From NCBI GenBank assembly GCA_021108005.1, contig JAIORS010000076.1, positions 8,860 to 72,859 of the forward strand: a stretch of DNA of 64,000 bases. The letters run 5' to 3'. Every line of letters starts with the position of its first letter. The stretch's first letter is position 1. Under the pieces are notes generated by a model. The model was given only the letters and a program-made list of their open reading frames with translations, searched no databases and was not told where the DNA came from. Below, in pieces: positions 54,603-63,860 of this stretch. This DNA comes from Candidatus Aegiribacteria sp. (GTDB lineage Bacteria > Fermentibacterota > Fermentibacteria > Fermentibacterales > JCC-6). Made by a program: the position numbers and the translations under genes.

Positions 54603-55597
54603 AGCGTAAGGTTTTGATAATAGCAGTCTCGATACTGATTTCTGTCATTTCAGTAATTGTCTTTTTCGTATGGAGCAGCCAGCCTCCATGCACCGGAAGG
54701 GAGTGCGTGTTCACTGTGGAGAAGGGTTGGGGAGGAAGAAGGATCTCACAGGTCCTTTCAGATTCCGGGCTTGTCCGTTCCAGGTTCTATCTGCTCTGGC
54801 GCTATTCCCGCATGGAAGGTTCGCCATCGCTCCAGGCAGGGATTTACAGGCTTGATGATTCGATGTCTCCTGACTCCATACTGGGGATATTTGCCCGCGG
54901 AGAAGTGATACCTGCGAAAACCAGATGGATAACGCTTGCTCCGGGCCTGACTCTCGAGCAGTCCCTCGAAGTTATTTCGGAGAGCACGGGGAGAGAGATG
55001 AGTGTATTTGACAGCCTTTCGACGGATTCTTCCTTTCTGGCAGAAAGCGGTGTACAGTCACTCGAAGGATACCTTTTTCCTGAAACCTACGAATTCGCTG
55101 ATACCCTTGAATCGCGGGAGATACTGGGCAGGATAGTAGATACAGGGAAAGGCAGATGGCCTGAAGATACGGATGGATTTTTGCAGGTAACAGGCCTCAG
55201 CCTGCATGAAACCATGATACTAGCTTCCATCGTTGAGCGGGAAGCAAGAGTAGATTCCGAGAGGGTTCTCATCGCGGGAGTATTCCTTTTGAGAATCAGG
55301 CGCGGAATGAAGCTCGAAAGCTGTGCCACAGTGCAGTATGCTCTTGGCGAGGTTAAGGAAACCCTCCTGTACCGTGACCTTGAGACAGACGATCCATACA
55401 ACACGTACCTTTATGAAGGTTTACCTCCCGGTCCAATCTGCTCACCCGGACTTCCTTCGATAAACGCTTCGTTCCAACCGGATACGATTGAGGGATATCT
55501 GTTTTTTGTAAGCAGGGACGATGGAACTGGAAGACACCTTTTTGCCGGAACACACGCCGGACATCTGTCCAATATACGATCGGTAAACGGCAGGTGA
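54599..55597 (+). CDS. mltG: Endolytic murein transglycosylase (YceG)
   Basis: N-terminal TM, ASIVEREA and YNTYLYEGLPPGPICSPG. Confidence 0.9.
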   Translation: MKRKVLIIAVSILISVISVIVFFVWSSQPPCTGRECVFTVEKGWGGRRISQVLSDSGLVRSRFYLLWRYSRMEGSPSLQAGIYRLDDSMSPDSILGIFARGEVIPAKTRWITLAPGLTLEQSLEVISESTGREMSVFDSLSTDSSFLAESGVQSLEGYLFPETYEFADTLESREILGRIVDTGKGRWPEDTDGFLQVTGLSLHETMILASIVEREARVDSERVLIAGVFLLRIRRGMKLESCATVQYALGEVKETLLYRDLETDDPYNTYLYEGLPPGPICSPGLPSINASFQPDTIEGYLFFVSRDDGTGRHLFAGTHAGHLSNIRSVNGR

Positions 55598-55602
55598 CCT
55601 GA

Positions 55603-55630
55603 TTGACACGATCGATTAGTGTTATAGTTA
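55603..55630 (+). promoter_or_regulatory. Sigma-70-like promoter candidate
   Basis: TTGACA (55603-55608), a 16-nt spacer, then TAGTTA (55625-55630), upstream of the 55678 gene. Confidence 0.3.
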
Positions 55631-55677
55631 TAGTGTGATTTTGTGTGTACAGATAATTTCAGAGAAAGGACAGGATT

Positions 55678-56202
55678 ATGAGTGAGGGAAGAAATCTGGG
55701 TTTTCTGGAGAAGGCTATGCGCCTTATTCCGGGTTACAAAGGTTACAAGAGTAAGGAAGAACGGAGAGATAACGATCAGCTTTTCAGAACCGGTCTCGTA
55801 AGCAGGCTTGAGAGGCTTAGAACCGAAACCAACGAGATCCCGGCGAGTCTCAGGGGGCCTTCGGCACTGAAATCGATTACCGATTTTGACAGAATCTTGA
55901 AAAATCTTGAAAAGGTAACTGACGAAATCCGTTTTGCCTCAAGGGGTTACAGGGGCTGGTTCGACATGCACAAAGTCCGTGAGGATGAATTGGACAAGCT
56001 CTACGCATTTGATGTCGGGCTTGTAGAGAACATTGAAGAGCTTGAAGAAGCGTTGAAGGTTTTGCAGGCAGCAGCCGCGGCCGGTTCCGATATGAAGGAA
56101 CCCATTGACAAAATGGTCGCTATACTCGTCGAATTCAGCAGCAAAATGTCCGGGCGCAGTGAACTCATGATTGATCTTGAAAAAAATAAACCGATAGACT
56201 AG
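55678..56202 (+). CDS. Helical/coiled-coil protein of unknown function
   Basis: 174 aa. N-terminal IPGYKGYKSKEERRDNDQLFR followed by heptad-like E/L/K-rich helices. It lies 22 nt upstream of the SPFH gene. Confidence 0.5.
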   Translation: MSEGRNLGFLEKAMRLIPGYKGYKSKEERRDNDQLFRTGLVSRLERLRTETNEIPASLRGPSALKSITDFDRILKNLEKVTDEIRFASRGYRGWFDMHKVREDELDKLYAFDVGLVENIEELEEALKVLQAAAAAGSDMKEPIDKMVAILVEFSSKMSGRSELMIDLEKNKPID

Positions 56203-56224
56203 ATCGAAGGAAGGTTAACGGATC

Positions 56225-57361
56225 ATGTTCAAGAAACTTGAGATTGTAGAGTGGATGGATGAGAGTGGGAAAGAAATTGTCCACAGGATTCCACAGAGTG
56301 GTTCAGGTGAGTTCCGCATTGGAACCCAGGTTGTAGTCAGAGAAAGCCAGGATGCCGTATTCTTCCGGGATGGAAAGGCAATGGATACCTTCGGTCCGGG
56401 AAGGCATACGATAACAACCGAGAATATCCCCCTGCTGACAGGTATTGTCAGTACTCTCTTTGAGGGTAAGGATTCCCCCTTCAGGGCAACGGTTTTCTAC
56501 ATTAACAAGAAGACCTTCACCAATATGAAATGGGGAACCAAGGAGCCGATAATATTCAGGGACAAGGAACTCTCGATTGTAAGGTTGAGAGCCTTTGGCA
56601 GCTTTTCAATGAAAGTTGACCAGAGCCAGCTCTTCATCAACAAGATAGTCGGAACAGAGGGAAGATTCTCAACCGATGAGATAGAGGGTTTTCTTAAGGG
56701 CATGATAATATCAAGGCTTGCCGACCTTCTTGGTGAAACCATTGAAAGCATATTCGATCTTGCGCAATACTACGATGAGATAGGTACACTGGCTAAGTCC
56801 AGGCTTGGCGACGATTTTGGGAAATACGGAATACAGCTGGTTGATTTCTACGTTCAGGCTATCACGCCTCCTGAGGAAGTTCAGGAAAGAATAGATGAAC
56901 GCAGCGCAATGGCTGCGCTTGGCGATATGAATCAGTACATGCGTTTCAAGACAGCCACCGCCATGGGCGATGCCGCAAAGAACGAAAGCGGCGGCGGAGC
57001 CGCCGGCGCAGGAGTCGGTATGGGTGCCGGACTGGGAATGGGAATGACAATGGCCAATATGATGGGTCAGACTATGTCGGGAGGCGGCCAGGGCTCAAAC
57101 GGTTCTGGTAATTCCGGTGCCGCTGCACTGGTTGTATGCCCCTCGTGCGGAAAGAACGTTGTTCCGGGTAAATTCTGTCCCGAGTGCGGTAAACCCCTTG
57201 GCTTGACATGTCCCGAATGCGGTAGTGTTGTTCCTCCTGGAACGAAATTCTGTCCCGAGTGTGGTGCGAAGATCGGCGGCGGGAAGGTATGTTCCAAATG
57301 CGGCGCAGACATCCCGGCAGGATCCAAATTCTGCCAGGAATGCGGAGAGAAACAGGAATAA
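56225..57361 (+). CDS. SPFH/band-7 domain protein (YdjI/COG4260-like) with a Gly-rich linker and four C-terminal zinc ribbons
   Basis: The N-terminus IVEWMDESGKEIVHRIP..G..VVVRESQDAVFFRDGK is typical of the family. The tail has CPSCG..FCPECG, CPECG..FCPECG, CSKCG..FCQECG. Confidence 0.8.
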   Translation: MFKKLEIVEWMDESGKEIVHRIPQSGSGEFRIGTQVVVRESQDAVFFRDGKAMDTFGPGRHTITTENIPLLTGIVSTLFEGKDSPFRATVFYINKKTFTNMKWGTKEPIIFRDKELSIVRLRAFGSFSMKVDQSQLFINKIVGTEGRFSTDEIEGFLKGMIISRLADLLGETIESIFDLAQYYDEIGTLAKSRLGDDFGKYGIQLVDFYVQAITPPEEVQERIDERSAMAALGDMNQYMRFKTATAMGDAAKNESGGGAAGAGVGMGAGLGMGMTMANMMGQTMSGGGQGSNGSGNSGAAALVVCPSCGKNVVPGKFCPECGKPLGLTCPECGSVVPPGTKFCPECGAKIGGGKVCSKCGADIPAGSKFCQECGEKQE

Positions 57362-59026
57362 ATGCCGGGGACGGTTCACGAACTGCTTGAGAAACGAGCA
57401 GTAGACACACCTGGCAAAATCGCTCTTATAGACGACCGGCGGGAATTGAGTTTTGCCGCCTGGTGGCGGGTATCCTGTCATATAGCGTCTCTCCTGCAGA
57501 AAGCAGGAGTCCGACAGGGTTTTGTTGTGGGAGTTGTATCCGACTGTTCTTCTTTTCTCCCATGTACCTTCACTGCGATTTCCATGCTGGGGGCGAAATT
57601 CGTTTCAATGAATCCGGATTGGCCCGCTCAGGAAAGGATGCGGGTTTTCAGCAGGTGGTCGGACCGCCTGGTTCTGACTGCGGATAATATTGAGTACTGT
57701 TCCCAGCCTGATGAGATAACCCTTTCACTCGACGATGATATCTATCAGGGCACCGGAATACCTCTTGAAGTTCCGTTTCTGAATGGCGGCGAGGAATTTT
57801 ATCTTAACGTTACATCGGCATCCACAGGCCAGGCAAAGATAGCGCCTACGACTCACGATCAGCTCCTGGCGAACACAGAAGGCGTTACTGCAACCATGGG
57901 TTTAACCTGTGATGATGTGAACCTGTCCATATTTGGCGTCTATGGTCATCCACACGAGCTCTTTATGAGGGGATTGTATCTTGGAGGCAGGACGGTCCTC
58001 ACCGAGCACAGATACCCCAGAGATTTGCTCCATCTGATCTCAAAAAAGGGTGTTACCGCAATCATGGCTCTACCAACGCAGCTCATAAGCCTGTCGCATA
58101 TGTGGAATCGAATTGATACTGATCTTTCATCCGTGAGAATCTCGGAAGCCGGAGGTATGTTCGTCTCAGAAGAATTCGCGGTGAATTATACCGAGATAAC
58201 CGGTGTAGAACTCGTACCTGTATGGGGAAGCACTGAAACCGCCGGAGTAGGTCTTGTTGGAAAGAGCGGTATACAGGGATTCACATCGGTCGTAGATGGT
58301 TACGAGGTAGAACTGCGTGATCTGTCCGGCAACAGGATGGATGAAGAGGGTAGTGGTGAATTGTGGATTTCAGGTCCAGGAGTTGTCAACAGGTATCTCG
58401 GGGACAGGCCGCAGACGGAAGAAGCTTTCCTTGATGGATGGTATAGAACGGGGGATATGTTTAAATCGGAGAACGGAAGATTGATCTTTCTTGGGCGCCG
58501 GGGAGGGCTGATAAAAGCAGCCGGCCTGAAGGTTTATCCCCTTGAGCTCGAACTGGCTATTCTGAAGCATCCTTCAATAATAGACGCCTGTGTCGTAGGT
58601 AGAGATCATCCCACAAGAGGCGAGATGCCATCCGCCTATATCGTAGTCAGGCCCGGAACGGAGCTTACAGTTGCCGGGATGAGAGCATTTCTCAGGCAGT
58701 ACCTCGATGAGTACAAGATTCCCAGGCTTATTAATTTCGTTCACGGGTTACCCAGAACCGCCAACGGCAAAATTGACAGAAAGGCTGTGGGAACCAGAGA
58801 GCTCGTTCCAGATTTCCGAGGTGAGCTACTTCGTTCCGATGTGGAACTGGTAAGGCTCATAAACCATAGAGCGGCACTCATGAACGAAATCGGAGGAGGT
58901 TTCGATCCGACATGGGTTGATGACCAGGTGGATAACGCCATGGGGCATAACGCCGGTCCCATATCGGACAGTTCAATTAGAGATATTATCAGATTCATCA
59001 TCAGCGAACTTGGGAAGAGGCAATAA
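57362..59026 (+). CDS. Acyl/aryl-AMP-forming ligase (ANL superfamily) with a ~78-aa chorismate-mutase-like C-terminal extension
   Basis: ANL motifs [30 protein letters not shown] and [12 protein letters not shown]. The ORF then continues with ..[25 protein letters not shown]...[13 protein letters not shown]. The start abuts the SPFH stop (TAAATG). Confidence 0.8.
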   Translation: MPGTVHELLEKRAVDTPGKIALIDDRRELSFAAWWRVSCHIASLLQKAGVRQGFVVGVVSDCSSFLPCTFTAISMLGAKFVSMNPDWPAQERMRVFSRWSDRLVLTADNIEYCSQPDEITLSLDDDIYQGTGIPLEVPFLNGGEEFYLNVTSASTGQAKIAPTTHDQLLANTEGVTATMGLTCDDVNLSIFGVYGHPHELFMRGLYLGGRTVLTEHRYPRDLLHLISKKGVTAIMALPTQLISLSHMWNRIDTDLSSVRISEAGGMFVSEEFAVNYTEITGVELVPVWGSTETAGVGLVGKSGIQGFTSVVDGYEVELRDLSGNRMDEEGSGELWISGPGVVNRYLGDRPQTEEAFLDGWYRTGDMFKSENGRLIFLGRRGGLIKAAGLKVYPLELELAILKHPSIIDACVVGRDHPTRGEMPSAYIVVRPGTELTVAGMRAFLRQYLDEYKIPRLINFVHGLPRTANGKIDRKAVGTRELVPDFRGELLRSDVELVRLINHRAALMNEIGGGFDPTWVDDQVDNAMGHNAGPISDSSIRDIIRFIISELGKRQ

Positions 59027-59790
59027 TGGACATAAGATCCGTAGAAATAGGTAATGTCCATATAGGCGGGAAAGCCTCTATCCTCATCGCCGGTCCGTGT
59101 TCGGTGGAAAATATCGAAATGCTCAGGGAAATTGCGGCAGCTGCGGTAGAAGCGGGTGTTTCCATATTGCGAGGCGGTTCGTTCAAACCCAGAACATCTC
59201 CCTACTCATTTCAGGGTCTGGGCGTTGAAGGATTCGAGATGCTTTCTCTGGTGAGCCGTGAATTCAACATTCCGGTGGTCAGTGAAGTCCTGGCAATTAG
59301 TCAGATAGAATCCGCTGAGAAGCACATCGATATGATCCAGGTTGGAGCCAGGAATATGCACAATTTTCCACTGCTCTCCGCTCTCGGTAGAACGGAAAAA
59401 CCCATTCTCCTGAAAAGGGGATTCATGGCCACAATTGAAGAGTGGCTTATGGCGGCGGAGTATATCGTAAAGGAAGGTAATGACAGAGTTGTCCTGTGTG
59501 AAAGGGGAATAAGGACTTTTGAACCCTGGACAAGGAATACATTGGATATTTCGGCTGTTCCACTTGCAAGAATGCTCGGCGGATATCCGGTTATTGTGGA
59601 TCCGTGTCATGCTTCTGGAAGAAGGGATCTTCTTGAACCACTGTCTCTTGCAGGATTAGCGGCAGGTGCTGACGGTATTATGCTGGAGGTTCATCCTGAT
59701 CCGGACAAGGCTCTTTCCGACGGTGGGCAATCACTTTCGATTCCTGAATTGATAAGACTCGCCGGGAAACTGCTTGAAAAAAATAACTGA
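59026..59790 (+). CDS. 3-deoxy-7-phosphoheptulonate (DAHP) synthase, type I-beta, core only
   Basis: [40 protein letters not shown]. 254 aa with no N- or C-terminal regulatory domain. TAATG overlap with the ligase. Confidence 0.85.
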   Translation: MDIRSVEIGNVHIGGKASILIAGPCSVENIEMLREIAAAAVEAGVSILRGGSFKPRTSPYSFQGLGVEGFEMLSLVSREFNIPVVSEVLAISQIESAEKHIDMIQVGARNMHNFPLLSALGRTEKPILLKRGFMATIEEWLMAAEYIVKEGNDRVVLCERGIRTFEPWTRNTLDISAVPLARMLGGYPVIVDPCHASGRRDLLEPLSLAGLAAGADGIMLEVHPDPDKALSDGGQSLSIPELIRLAGKLLEKNN

Positions 59791-59822
59791 AGAATTCTCC
59801 GATAGAGAGAAAAGGAGTTAAC

Positions 59823-60860
59823 ATGCATATAGGCTTACTTACCGGCGGGGGAGACGCTCCAGGATTGAATGCTGTAATTCGAGGCATAACAATAAGAGGG
59901 AAGAAAAACGATCACAGGATAACCGGTTTCTTGAGAGGCTGGAAGGGCGTCATTGAGAACGATTCTGTTGATCTCAATATTGACAGAGTCAGGGATATTC
60001 ACATGGAGGGCGGAACAATACTGTTCTCCTCCAGGACCAATCCCTTTAAAGTCGAGAACGGTCTTGAAAGAATAAAAAAGACTTTCATTAACACGAAGCT
60101 GGACTGCCTTATAGCGATGGGCGGTGAGGATACCCTTGGAGTCGCCGGCAGCCTGAATGCAGAAGGCCTTCCTGTGATAGGTGTCCCCAAAACAATCGAC
60201 AACGACCTGAACGCTACCGATTTTACCTTTGGTTTTGATACCGCTATAAACTACGTTATGAAAGCACTCGATATGCTTCATACAACTGCGAGAAGCCATG
60301 AAAGGATTGTCGTTGTGGAGATAATGGGACGTCACGCGGGATGGATGGCTCTGTATGGAGGTATAGCCGGCGGCGCTCATGTTATTCTCATTCCCGAGGT
60401 GGAATTCGATACCGACGAGGTCTGTGAAATCCTTAAGAAGCGTTACAGCGAAGGAAACAGGTATGCAATTGTTGCCGTTGCAGAGGGGGCGATAGACCCC
60501 AAGCTTCAAAGGCATGTAATGCACTCATCTGAGAAGGATTCCTTTGGCCATGTGCAACTCGGCACAGGCATAGGTATTGGTGAAGTACTTAAAAACGAAA
60601 TCGCTGACAGGACCGATCTCGAAACAAGGCATGTTGTTCTTGGTCATGTTCAAAGAGGCGGAAGCCCGACCGCATTCGACCGCGTATTGGGAACGAGACT
60701 GGGAGTAAAGGCAGTTGAGATGGCGGAACAGGGCTTATTCGGTAAAATGGTGGCTCTGCAGGGAACGGAGATAGTAGCAGTGGATATCGAGGAAGCGGTC
60801 GGAACTCTTAAAACTATACCTATCGAGCAGTACGAAGCTGCAGAACTCTTTTTCGGATAA
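59823..60860 (+). CDS. pfp: 6-phosphofructokinase, probably PPi-dependent
   Basis: GGDAPGLNAVIRG and MGRHAGW. The specificity positions read GGEDT and PKTIDND, giving Asp/Lys where ATP-PFKs have Gly/Gly. Confidence 0.8.
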   Translation: MHIGLLTGGGDAPGLNAVIRGITIRGKKNDHRITGFLRGWKGVIENDSVDLNIDRVRDIHMEGGTILFSSRTNPFKVENGLERIKKTFINTKLDCLIAMGGEDTLGVAGSLNAEGLPVIGVPKTIDNDLNATDFTFGFDTAINYVMKALDMLHTTARSHERIVVVEIMGRHAGWMALYGGIAGGAHVILIPEVEFDTDEVCEILKKRYSEGNRYAIVAVAEGAIDPKLQRHVMHSSEKDSFGHVQLGTGIGIGEVLKNEIADRTDLETRHVVLGHVQRGGSPTAFDRVLGTRLGVKAVEMAEQGLFGKMVALQGTEIVAVDIEEAVGTLKTIPIEQYEAAELFFG

Positions 60861-60872
60861 CGGAGGTAAGAA

Positions 60873-61889
60873 ATGGCAGTGAAAGTCGCGATCAATGGAT
60901 TCGGAAGAATCGGAAGGCTTTTCTACAGGCAGACACTCAACGACAGCGATATCGACATTGTTGCTGTGAATGACCTTACTGACCCTGCAGCCCTGGCGCA
61001 TTTGCTGAAATACGATTCTGTGCATGGTCAGTTTCCCGGCGATGTGAAAGTTGATGGAGACGTTATCCACGCCGGAGGTGACAGCTTCACTGTACTCTCC
61101 CAGCCTGACCCTTCGAAGCTTCCCTGGAAGGAACTCGGCGTAGAAATAGTCATCGAGGCCACCGGCTTTTTCCGAACGAGGGAAAAAGCGATGATGCATA
61201 TCGAGTCCGGCGCGAAGAAAGTGCTTCTCAGCGCCCCCGCAAAGGGGAAACCAGGAGCGGATCTTACAGTTGTCTACGGTGTGAATCATACCCTTTACAA
61301 TCCTGAGAAGGACGAAGTGATATCAACCGCCAGTTGCACAACCAACTGCCTGGCGCCGGTTGCATTAGTACTGAACGATACATTCGGTATTATCAACGGA
61401 ATCATGACGACTATTCATGCTTACACGAATGACCAGAAAATACTTGACCTGCCTCACAGTGATTTCAGGCGGGCAAGGGCGGCAGCCGTAAATATCATTC
61501 CAACAACCACCGGCGCTGCTGCAGCTGTAGGTCTGGTGATTCCTGAGCTGAAAGGAAAGCTCGACGGTATGGCGGTAAGGGTTCCCGTAAAGGATGGATC
61601 ACTTGTGGATCTTGTATGTGAACTGAGAAGCGATGCAACGGTTGAAGCGGTGAACGGCGCAATGCTGGAGGCTTCGGAGGGCAGCCTTAAAGGTGTGCTG
61701 CAGTATTCCATTGAACCCCTTGTATCCAGCGATATAATAGGCAATTCATACAGTTCAATTTTTGATTCACTGGTTACCAGAACAATGGGTTCGAGAATGG
61801 TGAAAATTCTGTCGTGGTACGACAACGAATTCGGTTATGCTTCCCGAATGGTGGATTTCTCGCGCTATATGATCAAGGTCGGATTGTGA
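60873..61889 (+). CDS. gap: Glyceraldehyde-3-phosphate dehydrogenase, type I
   Basis: INGFGRIGR and SCTTNCLAP. 338 aa. Confidence 0.95.
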   Translation: MAVKVAINGFGRIGRLFYRQTLNDSDIDIVAVNDLTDPAALAHLLKYDSVHGQFPGDVKVDGDVIHAGGDSFTVLSQPDPSKLPWKELGVEIVIEATGFFRTREKAMMHIESGAKKVLLSAPAKGKPGADLTVVYGVNHTLYNPEKDEVISTASCTTNCLAPVALVLNDTFGIINGIMTTIHAYTNDQKILDLPHSDFRRARAAAVNIIPTTTGAAAAVGLVIPELKGKLDGMAVRVPVKDGSLVDLVCELRSDATVEAVNGAMLEASEGSLKGVLQYSIEPLVSSDIIGNSYSSIFDSLVTRTMGSRMVKILSWYDNEFGYASRMVDFSRYMIKVGL

Positions 61890-63085
61890 AATATCCAGCG
61901 CTGGAAGATGCTGAATTAAAAGGTAGAAAGGTTTTTCTGAGAGCTGACCTGAATGTTCCCCTGCGGGATGGCAGAATAGCTGACGATACCAGAATAAAGG
62001 CTGTTCTTCCAACGGTAAAGTACATTCTTGATCATGGGGCATCACTTATAATCGCAAGTCACCTTGGCAGACCCGACGGGATAGAAAATCCTGAATTGTC
62101 ACTTGCGCCCGTAGCGGACAGATTGAGCGAACTCCTTGATAAAAAAGTGCTGTTCGCTCCCGACTGTATTGGAGCCAGGGTGAATACACTCGCCGCGTCA
62201 ATGAATCCGGGCGATATCCTCCTGCTTGAGAATCTCCGCTTTCATCCGGAAGAGAAGAAGGGCGATATGGATTTTGCCCGCAAACTGGGCTTGAACGCGG
62301 ATATTTACGTTAACGACGCATTCGGTACCAGCCACAGATCCCACGCTTCCATGGTTGGAGTGCCGGAGATTCTTGGAAGAGGCTACGCCGGACTCCTGGT
62401 CCAGAAGGAATTGAAGGTTTTCGAAAAAATGCTTTCTTTTCCTGCCAGACCTTTTGCCCTTCTGCTGGGTGGCGCTAAAGTTTCCGACAAAATCCCTGTG
62501 ATAGAAAACCTTCTGCCCAGGCTGAACCATCTGATGATAGGTGGTGGAATGGCCTTTACCTTCATGAAGGAAATGGGGTTGAATGTAGGGACAAGCCTTC
62601 TTGAGCTTGACAGGCTTGGAGCGGCCCGAAAGATACTTGATGATGCAGAGAAATACGGTGTAGATATACATCTTCCAGTTGACATAGTCATCGCGCCCTC
62701 CACTGTCAGGCCTGAATTGGCTGAAGTCGTACCAGCGGACGCAATACCTGATAAAAAGGCCGGGTTGGACATCGGACCCGGGACGGTTGCCGAGTTCACA
62801 GAAATCATCAGAAAAAGCTGCACGGTTGTCTGGAACGGACCAATGGGAGTATTTGAAATTCCTCCATTTGACAAAGGTACAATAGGAATTGCCAGTGCTC
62901 TTGCTGAAGCAACAGGTGATGGCACAATCACGGTTGTAGGTGGCGGAGATTCGGTAAGGGCTGTTGTGGAGTCTGGACTTTTGAATAAAATCTCCTTCGT
63001 TTCCACGGGAGGCGGTGCGTCTTTGAAACTTCTTCAGGGTAACAAACTGCCTGCCCTTACCGCGCTTAGAGGTGGTACAAGATGA
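61886..63085 (+). CDS. pgk: Phosphoglycerate kinase
   Basis: RADLNVP, SHLGRP and NGPMGVFE. The GTG at 61886 overlaps the gap stop (GTGA). The ORF-track upstream extension lies inside gap. Confidence 0.95.
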   Translation: MKYPALEDAELKGRKVFLRADLNVPLRDGRIADDTRIKAVLPTVKYILDHGASLIIASHLGRPDGIENPELSLAPVADRLSELLDKKVLFAPDCIGARVNTLAASMNPGDILLLENLRFHPEEKKGDMDFARKLGLNADIYVNDAFGTSHRSHASMVGVPEILGRGYAGLLVQKELKVFEKMLSFPARPFALLLGGAKVSDKIPVIENLLPRLNHLMIGGGMAFTFMKEMGLNVGTSLLELDRLGAARKILDDAEKYGVDIHLPVDIVIAPSTVRPELAEVVPADAIPDKKAGLDIGPGTVAEFTEIIRKSCTVVWNGPMGVFEIPPFDKGTIGIASALAEATGDGTITVVGGGDSVRAVVESGLLNKISFVSTGGGASLKLLQGNKLPALTALRGGTR

Positions 63086-63843
63086 AACAGATAATTGGTG
63101 GAAACTGGAAAATGAACGGTTTCAGACTGACCGGTCTGGAGTTCCTGAGGGAAATAAAGGGGTTAGGATCCGAGCATGTATCCTCGGATATTGTCCTTTT
63201 CCCGCCCTTTACTCTTCTTCCCATGATGGCGGATGCCGCAGCTGACGCTGGTATTGAAACGGGAGGACAGGACGTTTTCTGGCTCGAAAAGGGAGCGTTC
63301 ACAGGAGAGATAAGTCCTGCAATGCTTGTAGATGCAGGCGCTTCCTGGTTCATCGCCGGACACAGCGAGCGGAGACACGTAATAGGCGAATCCGATGAAA
63401 TCGTCAGGAGAAAACTCGAAGCCGGTCTTGAGACGGGACTTCACGGAATCCTCTGCGTTGGTGAACTGATAGAGGAGAGGGAGACTGGTAAGACTGAAGA
63501 AGTCGTAAGAAGACAGGTTGAATCTGCCATTGAAGGCCTTGACTGTGCTTCCCCTGAGAATTTTGTGATTGCATACGAACCGGTATGGGCAATAGGAACC
63601 GGTCTTACGGCAACACCTGACGAAGCCGATAGAATGCATTCACTGATAAGGGAATGGGTTGCCGCGACAGTCAGCCGCGATTTCGCTGATAATACAAGGA
63701 TACAGTATGGCGGCAGCGTGAAACCTGACAACGCTGCTGAGATACTCGCAAAGCCATCGATCAACGGAGCCCTTGTGGGCGGGGCCAGCCTGAAGCCTGA
63801 GAGTTTCATGGATATTATTAAAGCGGTTCCTCTGCAGGAATGA
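63082..63843 (+). CDS. tpiA: Triosephosphate isomerase
   Basis: GGNWKMN, GHSERR, YEPVWAIGTG. ATGA overlap with pgk. Confidence 0.95.
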   Translation: MKQIIGGNWKMNGFRLTGLEFLREIKGLGSEHVSSDIVLFPPFTLLPMMADAAADAGIETGGQDVFWLEKGAFTGEISPAMLVDAGASWFIAGHSERRHVIGESDEIVRRKLEAGLETGLHGILCVGELIEERETGKTEEVVRRQVESAIEGLDCASPENFVIAYEPVWAIGTGLTATPDEADRMHSLIREWVAATVSRDFADNTRIQYGGSVKPDNAAEILAKPSINGALVGGASLKPESFMDIIKAVPLQE

Positions 63844-63860
63844 CGAGCTGAAGAACAGCC

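Noticed and set aside
57067-57481. Three overlapping minus-strand ORFs rich in Pro/His/Gly opposite the SPFH zinc-ribbon tail
   Set aside because: They are a mirror-image artefact of the repeated CPECG/Gly-rich coding sequence on the + strand.
58787-59026. Possibility that the chorismate-mutase-like segment is an independent small gene starting at the in-frame GTG at 58787
   Set aside because: The only purine-rich stretch (AGAAAGG) ends 2-3 nt before the GTG, which is too close for a Shine-Dalgarno sequence, and the ligase frame has no stop before it. It is kept as a fusion, but flagged in the findings for verification.
61814-61885. ORF-track start of pgk at 61814
   Set aside because: This segment overlaps the conserved end of gap and has no PGK similarity. 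GTG 61886 gives the normal N-terminus (KYPALEDAELKGRKVFLRADLNVP).
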